NCBI GenBank assembly: GCA_045863235.1
Contig: BTUM01000107.1
Location: 1 to 23,944, forward strand
DNA: 23,944 nucleotides
DNA from: Candidatus Xenobia bacterium
GTDB lineage: Bacteria > Vulcanimicrobiota > Xenobia > Xenobiales > QWHO01
Direction: 5' to 3'
In this document: one piece after another, positions 15,830 through 23,942 of the stretch
Layout of the letters: each line of letters begins with the position of its first letter
Numbering within the stretch: the stretch's first letter is position 1
Translations under genes and position numbers: made by a program
The notes under the pieces: generated by a model
What the model was told of the DNA's origin: nothing
What the model saw: only the letters and a program-made list of their open reading frames with translations
Databases searched by the model: none

Positions 15830-15912
15830 TCGTGGCTGTAATTCGACTCCCGCGCATTCCAGCCTTCTGTTCGAAGGATCTTCCCCGGGTGGAAGCGGAA
15901 GCAGACTCAATT

Positions 15913-16173
15913 ATGAGCCTGCTGACCGATGAACGTTTCCGCCAGGAGATGCTGGAGCTTTCCAACGACCTCCTCACTTTGTTTGCCGCCAAGTATCCCC
16001 GGCTTTTGAATGCCTTTCAAGATCTTCCCGAGGAGAAACTGATCGAGCTTCTCATTGAGCTTTGCGACGTGTTCGATCTTTATCGCGACCTGACCGCCCA
16101 TGTGGCCCAGGCCTACAAGGAGCACCGCCGCCGAACCGGCTCGCTGGAGGACCGGGACTGGCCCGAGAACTAG
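15913..16173 (+). CDS. Small acidic helical hypothetical protein (86 aa), divergent from the chimera
   Basis: ATG 15913: MSLLTDERFRQEMLELSNDLLTLFAAKYPRLL...; Leu/Glu-rich amphipathic helices. Confidence 0.65.
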   Translation: MSLLTDERFRQEMLELSNDLLTLFAAKYPRLLNAFQDLPEEKLIELLIELCDVFDLYRDLTAHVAQAYKEHRRRTGSLEDRDWPEN

Positions 16174-16297
16174 CAGGCTGGTGCAAAACCGGTTGTGGTG
16201 TCGAAGCTCCGCCACCACAAGACGTTGTGTAGGGCATTAGCCTGCTACACAATCTGTTGAGCGCGCACCCGGAAAACCGTGTCGGCGCCGCGCGTTG
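16171..16297. repeat. Intergenic palindrome cluster between convergent genes
   Basis: ttgtggtg/caccacaa (16193-16220), ttgtgtag/ctacacaa (16225-16252), tagcaggct/agcctgcta (16171-16247), plus gtgcaaaacc (16181-16190) shared with the 13.6-kb region. Confidence 0.6.
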
Positions 16298-16318
16298 ATC
16301 TCGAGCGGCGTGCAACGA

Positions 16319-17119
16319 TCACAGGGCCCGGTCGAGCGGAAGGGCGAAGCCGGCCGCATTGCGGTGTCCCCCGCCGCCGTAGAGAGCAGCGACGGCCGAC
16401 ACGTCGAACTCTCCGATCGAGCGAAGCGACCAGGCTTGCTGCTCCTTCTGGTTGGCATAGTAGACCCCGGCGAAGGGTGCCTCGGGATAGAGTCGGCACA
16501 GCTCATCGCCGATCTCGCTCTGCAAGAGGCACGAGTTCACGGTAGGAATATCGTGCTCTCCGACCCGAGTCCAGCGAGTCCGGCTGACGGCTCGCTCGAT
16601 CAGGCTCTGCTTGTAGCGGAGAATGGCCCGTCCTTCGCTGGCCAGCTCGGCCACGGACAGCCGCTGCCAGAGGGCAAAGTCCATCGGATAGCCGTGCAAG
16701 GCGGCGGAGACCGCGCGGCTATCGGGCAAGGCAAATCGCCACAGGTCCTGATCCTCCACGTAAGCCAACAGCTCGGGCAGCTTCTGAAGCGGCTGGAAGT
16801 ACTCCCAGGCCAGTCGGGCCCCCGACTTGTCCAGATCGAATCGGGCAAAGGGGAGGTCGGCCAGGTCGGCCTGGGCCGACTTGTGATGGTCGAGCACCAG
16901 CAAACTCTGACAGCGTTCCTGCAGTTCGAGCAGGGTGGCTCTGGCGTAGCTGAAGTCGAGGATAGCCACATGGGCTTCGGCAGGGAGCTCGGGAGGAGGC
17001 TCGCCGTGTCGCACCGGGAGGTACCTGGCTTGCTCACCCAGCACCGTCCAGGCCGCGAAGGCCGCTCCAAAGCCGTCGGCGCAGTGAGCGTGATAGAGAA
17101 CGTGGGTGATGGGGCCCAT
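16319..17119 (-). CDS. DHH family phosphoesterase (DHH + DHHA1)
   Basis: YHAHCADGFGAA, ILDFS, LDHHKS, KSGARLAWEYF, EDQDLW, GGGGHRNAAGF. Confidence 0.93.
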   Translation of the reverse strand: MGPITHVLYHAHCADGFGAAFAAWTVLGEQARYLPVRHGEPPPELPAEAHVAILDFSYARATLLELQERCQSLLVLDHHKSAQADLADLPFARFDLDKSGARLAWEYFQPLQKLPELLAYVEDQDLWRFALPDSRAVSAALHGYPMDFALWQRLSVAELASEGRAILRYKQSLIERAVSRTRWTRVGEHDIPTVNSCLLQSEIGDELCRLYPEAPFAGVYYANQKEQQAWSLRSIGEFDVSAVAALYGGGGHRNAAGFALPLDRAL

Positions 17120-17165
17120 GAAGCCCCTGATGAGACGAAAGTGTTACGGTTCCTTCCTTCTTGGT

Positions 17166-17199
17166 ATTATATTGACAAAGATGAATATTGTGATATAGT
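17166..17199. promoter_or_regulatory. Overlapping divergent sigma70 promoters in an AT-rich stretch, probably including the ArsR operator
   Basis: Plus: TTGACA (17172-17177), 16 nt, TG-a-TATAGT (17191-17199). Minus: ATCACA (17194-17189), 17 nt, TATAAT (17171-17166). ATAT-tgtg-ATAT inverted repeat at 17185-17196. Confidence 0.75.
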
Positions 17200-17208
17200 G
17201 ATTTCAAG

Positions 17209-17508
17209 ATGAAGACGGCAACCCCCCTGTCTGATGACAAGCTCAACTACGCTGCCGAGATGCTCCGCTTGATGGGTCACGCCGTCCGGCTGCGCATCAT
17301 CGAGTTGCTCGAGCAGCACGGCGAGCTTCCAGCCGGTGCCTTTCACCAGCGTCTCGACGAGCCCCAACCGACCGTATCCCAGCATTTGAACAAGATGAGG
17401 GCTCTCGGGCTGTTGCGAGCTCGTCGACAGGCGGGTCAGGTCTTCTACTCCGTCGCCCAGCCACAGCTATTCAGGCTGCTTCAGTGCGTCCGCGACTGTG
17501 AATTGTAA
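17209..17508 (+). CDS. ArsR/SmtB family transcriptional repressor (probable persulfide sensor)
   Basis: LRLMGHAVRLRIIELL, QPTVSQHLNKMRALGLL, RRQAGQVFYS; C-terminal CVRDC. Confidence 0.95.
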   Translation: MKTATPLSDDKLNYAAEMLRLMGHAVRLRIIELLEQHGELPAGAFHQRLDEPQPTVSQHLNKMRALGLLRARRQAGQVFYSVAQPQLFRLLQCVRDCEL

Positions 17509-17519
17509 GGAGGAACTTC

Positions 17520-18092
17520 ATGACATCCCCGGAGCTCATCGAGCTGATCAAAGACAATCCTCGCGTCCGATTGCTGGACGTGCGCACTCCCGGAGAATTC
17601 GAGAGCGCTCATATCGAAGGGGCCTATAACCTGCCTCTTGACCAGTTGGGCGAGCACCAGCGTGAGCTGGCCCGCGTCAACGACCCGGTGGTGCTGATCT
17701 GCCAGTCGGGAGGTCGCGCTCGCCAGGCAGAGCAACTGTTGAGTCAGGCTGGCCTTGGTCAGCTCAAGCTGCTGGAAGGGGGCATGAATGCTTGGACGGC
17801 GGCCGGCAACGCCGTTCACCGGGGGGGGCGGCCTCGGCTCAGTCTCGAGCGCCAGGTGCGCATCATCGCCGGCTTGCTGGTGACCCTCTTCAGTCTGCTG
17901 GCCTGGAAAGTCAGCCCGCTGTTCGCCCTGGTTCCTGCGGGCATTGGCCTGGGCCTCACCTACGCCGGCCTGACCAACTTCTGCGGCATGGCCATGATCC
18001 TGACCCGGCTGCCCTACAACCGCGGCCCCGCCTGCGACCCCGCACGCGTCGTGGCGGCCCTGACCGGAAATCAGAAGTCATGCTGCTCCTGA
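17520..18092 (+). CDS. ygaP: Rhodanese-domain membrane protein with DUF2892 (YgaP-like)
   Basis: AAGGAGG SD. LLDVRTPGEFESAHIEGA, active-site CQSGGR, SLERQVRIIAG, AGLTNFCGMAMIL..LPYN. Confidence 0.93.
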   Translation: MTSPELIELIKDNPRVRLLDVRTPGEFESAHIEGAYNLPLDQLGEHQRELARVNDPVVLICQSGGRARQAEQLLSQAGLGQLKLLEGGMNAWTAAGNAVHRGGRPRLSLERQVRIIAGLLVTLFSLLAWKVSPLFALVPAGIGLGLTYAGLTNFCGMAMILTRLPYNRGPACDPARVVAALTGNQKSCCS

Positions 18093-18817
18093 TTCACCTG
18101 CTGGCGGTGCTGTCAGGGCTGGCCCTGGGCCTGCTCGGTGGGGGAGGCTCCATCCTGGCCGTGCCCATCCTGGTCTACGGGGCGGGTCTGTCTCCCCGAG
18201 ACGCCATCGCCTCGAGTCTGGTGATCGTCGGCGCAAGCAGCCTGCTGGGAGCCATGTTTCGGCGCTCCGAGCTCGACCTTCAGGCCGCCTGGCACTTCGC
18301 TCTCTACGGGATGCTGGGAACCTTTGCCGGCGCTCGATTGGCTGAGCACCTCAGCCAGACCGTTCAACTGGGCTTGTTCGCAGCGACCATGCTGGTGGTG
18401 GCCGGCCTGATGCTCTCGCACAATGCCTCTCCCGTCGTGGCTGATCGTTCGATCCGCCCTGGCTCGCTGCCCCTGCCGCTGGCATCACTGGCGGTGGGTC
18501 TCTTGACCGGGGTGGTGGGCGTGGGAGGGGGCTTCCTGATCGTGCCTGCCCTGGTGCTCTCGGCCGGTTTGCCGATGCGCCGGGCGGTGCCTACCTCGCT
18601 GCTGATCATCGCTCTCAACTGCGCTGCCGGGCTGGTCGGCTACTTCGGACAGGCGTCCTTGCATCCACCGTTCCTGGCCGGCTTTACTCTGGCCGTGCTG
18701 GCCGGGGTCTTTCTGGGAGGAAAGCTCGTCCCGCGGATTAATCAGGCACACCTCAAGCGGGCCTTTGCCGTCTTCCTGCTCTTTGTCGGAACCTATATCT
18801 TGTGGCACAATCACTGA
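18080..18817 (+). CDS. tauE: TauE/SafE family sulfite/organosulfur exporter
   Basis: ATG at 18080 overlaps the upstream gene. Duplicated motifs [17 protein letters not shown] and [24 protein letters not shown]; multiple TM segments. Confidence 0.93.
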   Translation: MLLLIHLLAVLSGLALGLLGGGGSILAVPILVYGAGLSPRDAIASSLVIVGASSLLGAMFRRSELDLQAAWHFALYGMLGTFAGARLAEHLSQTVQLGLFAATMLVVAGLMLSHNASPVVADRSIRPGSLPLPLASLAVGLLTGVVGVGGGFLIVPALVLSAGLPMRRAVPTSLLIIALNCAAGLVGYFGQASLHPPFLAGFTLAVLAGVFLGGKLVPRINQAHLKRAFAVFLLFVGTYILWHNH

Positions 18818-18829
18818 AGGGAGCCCCTT

Positions 18830-20197
18830 ATGCTGTTCAAACGCTTCTTTGACGAGAACCTGGCTCACTACAGCTACCTGGTCGGCTGTCAGGCGACCGG
18901 GGAGGCGGTGGTCATCGACCCCGGGCGCAATCTCGAGCCCTACTTGATGGAGCTGGCGGCCGAGGGGATGAACCTGACCGCGGTGACCGAAACCCACATT
19001 CACGCCGACTTCGCTTCGGGCGCTCGCGAGCTGGCAGCCCGCACCGGGGCGCACCTCTACCTGTCCGACGAGGGAGACGCCAACTGGAAGTATGCTTTCC
19101 CGGGCGAGCTGGTCAAGGATGGCTTCGAGTTCTGGGTGGGCAAAGTGAAGCTGCAGGTGGTGGCCACCCCGGGTCACACTCCCGAGCATATCTCTTTCCT
19201 GCTCACGGATACCCCTGCTACCGACAAGCCGATGGGGATGTTCACGGGCGACTTCCTGTTCGTCGGTGACGTGGGGCGTCCCGACCTGCTCGAGCGGGCC
19301 GCCGGGTTTGAAAACACCATGGAAACGGGCGCGCGCGTCCTGTATCGCTCGCTTCAGAAGCTGAAGGATCTGCCCGACCATCTCCAGATCTGGCCCGCCC
19401 ATGGGGCTGGCTCGGCCTGCGGCAAGGGTCTGGGGGCAGTTCCTCAGACGACCCTGGGTTACGAGCGCTTGACGAACTGGGCCTTGAAGCCTCAGAGCGA
19501 GGATGAGTTCGTCAAAGCCGTTCTCTCGGGTCAGCCTGATCCGCCTCGCTATTTCGCCCAGATGAAGCGCCTCAACAAGCAGGGCCCGGCGCTCCTGTCG
19601 GAGCGTCCGGCCCCCGCCCTGATGCCCGCTTCGGCGCTGAGCGAGCTGTTGGCCGAAGGGGCCATGGTGATCGATTTGAGACCTGCCCCGGCCTATGCCG
19701 CGGGCTTCGCCCCCGGCACGCTGAATCTGCCTCTCAACAAGTCGTTCACGACCTGGGCCGGGTGGCTGTTGCCTTACGACCAGGACCTCTACCTGATTAC
19801 CGACCAGCCGGAGAGAAGCCTGAGAGACCTGGCCAGCATCGGTTTGGATCGGGTGGTTGGGGTGTTCCGGCCCGAGGCCGTCGAGAAGATGCCGCGCCTT
19901 CGCCAGATCAAGCGCATGGCTCCAAGCGACATTCGCCCTGGCGAGGTTCGCATTCTGGACGTGCGCAACGATCGCGAGTGGGAGTCGGGGCATGTGCCGG
20001 GAGCCATCCACATTCCGTTGGGGCAGCTCGAGCTTCGAGCTGACGAGCTGACCGGCGATCGTCCTCTGGCTGTGCACTGCCGCAGTGGTGCGCGTTCAGC
20101 GATGGCGGCCAGCTTGCTCCATCGCCTGGGCTTCACCGAGGTCATCGACCTGGGGCCCTTCCCCCAGGAGCTGATGGCTCTTACTGCTACTCGCTAG
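18830..20197 (+). CDS. MBL-fold persulfide dioxygenase fused to two rhodanese domains (CstB-like)
   Basis: ETHIHADF, TPGHTPEH, FTGDFLFVGDVGRPDL, PAHGAGSACG. First rhodanese has no active-site Cys; second has HCRSGARS. Confidence 0.93.
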   Translation: MLFKRFFDENLAHYSYLVGCQATGEAVVIDPGRNLEPYLMELAAEGMNLTAVTETHIHADFASGARELAARTGAHLYLSDEGDANWKYAFPGELVKDGFEFWVGKVKLQVVATPGHTPEHISFLLTDTPATDKPMGMFTGDFLFVGDVGRPDLLERAAGFENTMETGARVLYRSLQKLKDLPDHLQIWPAHGAGSACGKGLGAVPQTTLGYERLTNWALKPQSEDEFVKAVLSGQPDPPRYFAQMKRLNKQGPALLSERPAPALMPASALSELLAEGAMVIDLRPAPAYAAGFAPGTLNLPLNKSFTTWAGWLLPYDQDLYLITDQPERSLRDLASIGLDRVVGVFRPEAVEKMPRLRQIKRMAPSDIRPGEVRILDVRNDREWESGHVPGAIHIPLGQLELRADELTGDRPLAVHCRSGARSAMAASLLHRLGFTEVIDLGPFPQELMALTATR

Positions 20198-23100
20198 GCA
20201 GCTCCAACTGGTGGCGCTCGAAAGCGAGGCTCTCGTTTTCGAGCGTCATCAGGTCGAGCTGGGCTCTCTCGGTGACCCGCAGACGATGCTGCACTCCCGG
20301 GCGGCTCAGCTTGGAGAGGTCCCGGCGCAGACACTCCTCATTGTGGAAGCTCTTCACCACCAGCTCGGTCTGGTCGGTCTGAAAAGCCACCCAGTGGGGG
20401 CCGAGTCGAAGAACCGTGGAGCGGGGCGGAGGAGTGATCTGCAGCTTGCGGTCGAGTCGATACAGGTCGAGCGCCGAGCCATCGCCCTGGATATCCACCA
20501 TGACGGTTCCCTCGTCGTTGATCCAGAGCTGTGAAAGGTCCTGGACCGGAACCCGGAACTCCCCCGCCAGAGCCCTCCCGGTGATATTGATCACCCGGAA
20601 CAGGAAGCCGGCTTGCTCGGTCAGGCCCACCACCAGGTGCAGGAAGTGGGGAGAGATCTCCCACCAGAAGCGCTCTTCTCGCACCCGGGGGAGCACGGCC
20701 GAAACGTAGCTCTGCGAGGCCCCGGTGTGCAGGTCGAGCAACCCGATGGAGTGGCTCAAAGAGCCCTGGGCCACCGATTTTTTACCCAGCAGGCGAAAGA
20801 TTCGGTCGCTCAACCGCTGCTCCGGGACGATGCGCTCCCAGCACATGGTGCGGCCATCCACGTTGACGCGCAGCTTCCCCAGGTGAGATTGATCCTGGCC
20901 CGTGCGCAGGTACTCGACTTCCCGGGGGGCCTCTTCCGGCAGGGGAAGGATGCGCACCACGCCTCCCAGCTCGCGGGCAAAGATCGCCTCTCCGTTGTTG
21001 CCTACCCAGAGGAGCCGGTGGTCCGCAGGAATGGTGCGCTTCCAGACGGGTCGTCCCTGGTGCTCGAGCCAGCCGTCCTGACCCTGTTGAGCAAGCAAGA
21101 ACTGACCATCCCAACTCGCCTGCAGGCGGGTCATGGGTGTGACCGGGGCGGAGGCCTCGAACTGCGGGACCGATGCCGATGCTCGGGCTGACTGCAGCTC
21201 TCGCTGCAGGGCTTCGTGCTCTTGTTGGAGTCTTTCCAACTGGTGTTTGAGACGCTCGCGCTCCCGGGCTCCGGCGGTGCTTTCGGCCAGGTCCTGCCGG
21301 AGCCGGTTCCGTTCTTGCTCCAGAGCCTCTGCATCCACCGAGCTGGATTCTTTGAGCCCAACGCGCTCTCGCTCGAGCTGGCTCCGTTCGCTGGCCAATC
21401 GGGCGCGCTCGCTTTCAAGCTCTTCCAGTTCGTGCTCCAACCGAGAGCGCTCGCGGTCAAGCTCGCTTCGCTCGCTGGCCAGCCGCTCGCGCGTGCTTTC
21501 CAGAACCTCCTGTTCGAGGGCCAGTTGCGAGCGTTGCAGGTCGAGCTCGCTCTCCATCTGCTCTCGCCTTCTGGTCAGATTTTCCAGCTCTGCCTCGAGA
21601 TGCTCGCGCTCGGTCTGGAGAGCTGCCCGCTCTCCGGCCAGCACGGAGAGGTCGAGCGACTGGCCTGCCTCGAGCGCCAGGCGTTCGCGCTCGAGGCTTC
21701 CACGCACCTCATCCAGACTGAGGAGCTCGCGGTTGAGGCGAGCTCGTTCACTCTCCAGCTCGGAGATCTGGCGCTGGCGTTCCTCCTCCAGGTCCCGGGC
21801 CTTCCGCAGAGCATCGGTCATATCGACCAGCTGACCTTGCAGGGTTTCGGTCCCCACCCCGGGTTGGAGCTGCGGAACCCTGTTCTGCCACTGCGCTTCG
21901 GCCTCGCCCAGGGCGGCCAGGAGCTCGCCTCGCTCGTCTTCGAGCTCGCCCTGGTGCCGCTCGGCCTCCTCCAGGTTCCGCAACAGCTCGTCCCGCTCTT
22001 CCTGGAGCTCGTTTCGCCTGCGCTCGGATTCGGCCAGGCTGCTCAAGAGCTCGCCCTGCTGGCGCTCGGCCGCATCCAGGACGCTGCGCATCTTCTGCCG
22101 CTCGGCTTCGAGCTCTCCCTGCTGGCTCCCGGCCCCTTCCAGGTCGCTGCGCAGTCTCTGCCGCTCGGTCTCGAGCTCTCCCCGCTGGCGCTCGGCCTCG
22201 TCCAGGTCGCTGCGCAGTCTCTGCCGCTCGGCCTCGAGCTCTCCCCGCTGGCGCTCGGCCTCGTCCAGGTCGCTGCGCAATCTCTGACGCTCGGCCTCGA
22301 GCTCGCCCTGCTGGCGCTCGGCCTCGTCCAGGTCGCTGCGCAGTCTCTGCCGCTCGGCCTCGAGCTGGCCCTGCTGGCGCTCGGCCTCGTCCAGGTCGCC
22401 TCGTAATCTCTGCCGCTCGGTCTCGAGCTCGCCCTGCTGGCCCTGCGCCCTTTCCAGATCCGTCAGCAATTGCTCTCGCTCGGCTTCCAGCTCGCTCTGG
22501 CGGCGCTCAGCTTGCTCCAGCGCCTGGAAAAGCTCTTGTCGCTCGTGCTCGAGCACCTCGCGATGGCGCTCGGAGAGCTCCAGGCTCTCGTGCAGGGTCT
22601 GGAGCTCGCGCTCACGCTCAGCCAGCACTTCGTCCTGACGTTGCGACTCGCGCCGGGCTTCGGCCAGCCGCCCTTGCTCCTCGGCCAGATGCCGGCGGGC
22701 CGCGGCCATGGCCTGGCGCCTGCGGGCCACGCTTTCGCCCAACTCGGCCACCCGTTTGCGCAGACCGGCCAGCTCGGACTCGGCCGTCAGACTCCCTTCA
22801 GAGCGCTTCTCGCGCTCCTCGGCCAGCTTGCCGGCCAGTTCTTCCCGCTCCTGGCGGGCACGCTCGAGCTCGGTCCTGGCTTGGCTCAGCAAGCTCTGGC
22901 GCAGCTTCAGCTCGGTGCGGTAACGGGACAGCTCCGCTCTTTGCTTGCGGAGCTTGCGCTGCAATTTGACGGTGTGAGCCTGTCGCAGGGCCTGGTAAGC
23001 TTCCTGTCGAGCCGCCAGCAGGTGCTCGGCCGGCTCTGGCCGGAGGAGGGCCAGTTGATGCAGCAGGCGAGACGAAAGCTCTTGACTGTCGACCAGTTGG

Positions 23101-23369
23101 TGCTCGAAAGCCAGGGCTCTGGCACGCTGCTCCGAGAGCTCGATGGCCTGGGAGGAGAGCTCCCCCTGTAAGACCTCGAGTCGCTCTTCACGCTCGAACA
23201 GCTGACTCTGCAGTGACTCGAGCTGAGCTTGCGACTCGACGAGCTGATCGCAGAGCTCGTCGATCTGGGCCTGGAACTCGGTAAGCTGCTCGAGGCTTCG
23301 GGCGAAAGCGTTCTCAAGCCGCCCCTCGGGCTCCCAAGAGCTGACCAGATCGGAACGGGTCTCGTACAG
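20187..23369 (-). CDS. Long coiled-coil protein with 21-aa tandem repeats and a C-terminal beta-rich (propeller-like) domain
   Basis: The ORF track starts it at TTG 22964, but the frame is open to 23408 with the same heptad character (LEQLTEFQAQIDELCDQLVESQAQLESLQSQL...). CTG at 23369 follows AAGGGG by 8 nt. The 5' end is uncertain. Confidence 0.8.
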   Translation of the reverse strand: MYETRSDLVSSWEPEGRLENAFARSLEQLTEFQAQIDELCDQLVESQAQLESLQSQLFEREERLEVLQGELSSQAIELSEQRARALAFEHQLVDSQELSSRLLHQLALLRPEPAEHLLAARQEAYQALRQAHTVKLQRKLRKQRAELSRYRTELKLRQSLLSQARTELERARQEREELAGKLAEEREKRSEGSLTAESELAGLRKRVAELGESVARRRQAMAAARRHLAEEQGRLAEARRESQRQDEVLAERERELQTLHESLELSERHREVLEHERQELFQALEQAERRQSELEAEREQLLTDLERAQGQQGELETERQRLRGDLDEAERQQGQLEAERQRLRSDLDEAERQQGELEAERQRLRSDLDEAERQRGELEAERQRLRSDLDEAERQRGELETERQRLRSDLEGAGSQQGELEAERQKMRSVLDAAERQQGELLSSLAESERRRNELQEERDELLRNLEEAERHQGELEDERGELLAALGEAEAQWQNRVPQLQPGVGTETLQGQLVDMTDALRKARDLEEERQRQISELESERARLNRELLSLDEVRGSLERERLALEAGQSLDLSVLAGERAALQTEREHLEAELENLTRRREQMESELDLQRSQLALEQEVLESTRERLASERSELDRERSRLEHELEELESERARLASERSQLERERVGLKESSSVDAEALEQERNRLRQDLAESTAGARERERLKHQLERLQQEHEALQRELQSARASASVPQFEASAPVTPMTRLQASWDGQFLLAQQGQDGWLEHQGRPVWKRTIPADHRLLWVGNNGEAIFARELGGVVRILPLPEEAPREVEYLRTGQDQSHLGKLRVNVDGRTMCWERIVPEQRLSDRIFRLLGKKSVAQGSLSHSIGLLDLHTGASQSYVSAVLPRVREERFWWEISPHFLHLVVGLTEQAGFLFRVINITGRALAGEFRVPVQDLSQLWINDEGTVMVDIQGDGSALDLYRLDRKLQITPPPRSTVLRLGPHWVAFQTDQTELVVKSFHNEECLRRDLSKLSRPGVQHRLRVTERAQLDLMTLENESLAFERHQLELPSE
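22047..22443. repeat. 63-bp coding tandem repeat, about 6 near-identical copies plus degenerate flanking copies
   Basis: tccagg recurs at 22075, 22138, 22201, 22264, 22327, 22390. The unit encodes ELE(A/T)ERQRLRSDLDEAERQ(Q/R)G, three heptads. Confidence 0.95.
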
Positions 23370-23468
23370 CGAATTTTCCCCTTGCAGCTGGATTCTACCC
23401 GGTGAATTTCACTCAAGTTGAGTCGCACGGGCCACCAGGGAAAATTCGTCAATGGGCTTGAATTGCCT

Positions 23469-23942
23469 CTATTTCGGCGTCGCCGGCACGACCAGCACGC
23501 GGCAGTATCCCTGAAAGCTCCACTTGATGAGATTCCCGCTTGATTGCTCTCCATGGGCCTCGAAGCGGACGGGTTTGCCTGCGCGAAAGTCGCCAGTTAG
23601 TTTCAGGCTTCCTTTGAGTTTTTGATGCTGAATCGAATGCGAGCCTTTCTGAGCTGCTCCGAGTCGCCACAGGCTCAGGTCCCAGAACCTGACCTGGTCG
23701 GCCCGAAATTCGCCCGTGGCGCCCTCGGCCAGAGTCATGTCCAGCCGCACGAAGGGGCGTTGGGGGGACTCCACCACCTGATAGTCGGCTTCAGGAAACT
23801 TCTCCACCCACGACATTTGCTCGCTGGTCGGCTGGAAGGGGAGGAGCATCAAGCGCAGCTGGCGACTGGCCGGATTCCAGGTGGCAAAGCCGGCTTTGAT
23901 CGTGAGTTTGTCACTATCCACCGAAGCCTGCCCGCTGGCCTC
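23469..23942 (-). CDS. Hypothetical beta-rich protein, probably 5'-truncated by the window edge
   Basis: The frame of the ORF-track call 23469..23921 remains open to the right edge (EASGQASVDSDKLTIKAGFATWNP...). Confidence 0.7.
   Translation of the reverse strand, partial: EASGQASVDSDKLTIKAGFATWNPASRQLRLMLLPFQPTSEQMSWVEKFPEADYQVVESPQRPFVRLDMTLAEGATGEFRADQVRFWDLSLWRLGAAQKGSHSIQHQKLKGSLKLTGDFRAGKPVRFEAHGEQSSGNLIKWSFQGYCRVLVVPATPK

Noticed and set aside
13658..15910. Calling this gene flhA or fliG
   Set aside because: It lacks the FlhA multi-TM FHIPEP domain and D4, and lacks a recognisable FliG C-terminal torque helix; neither symbol fits.
22047..22443. 63-bp repeats as a CRISPR array or mobile element
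   Set aside because: In-frame coding repeats with no unique spacers, giving a 21-aa heptad unit.
12363..23171. Antisense ORFs 12363..13784, 14342..15559, 16295..17212, 18485..20077, 21216..22406, 22470..23171
   Set aside because: Each mirrors a motif-supported gene on the other strand and has no independent evidence.
20187..23369. SMC/SbcC chromosome segregation ATPase
   Set aside because: No Walker A/B or ABC signature at either end; similarity would be compositional only.
23409..23411. Selenocysteine readthrough of the in-frame TGA
   Set aside because: No redox-motif context and no convincing SECIS-like hairpin immediately downstream on the minus strand.
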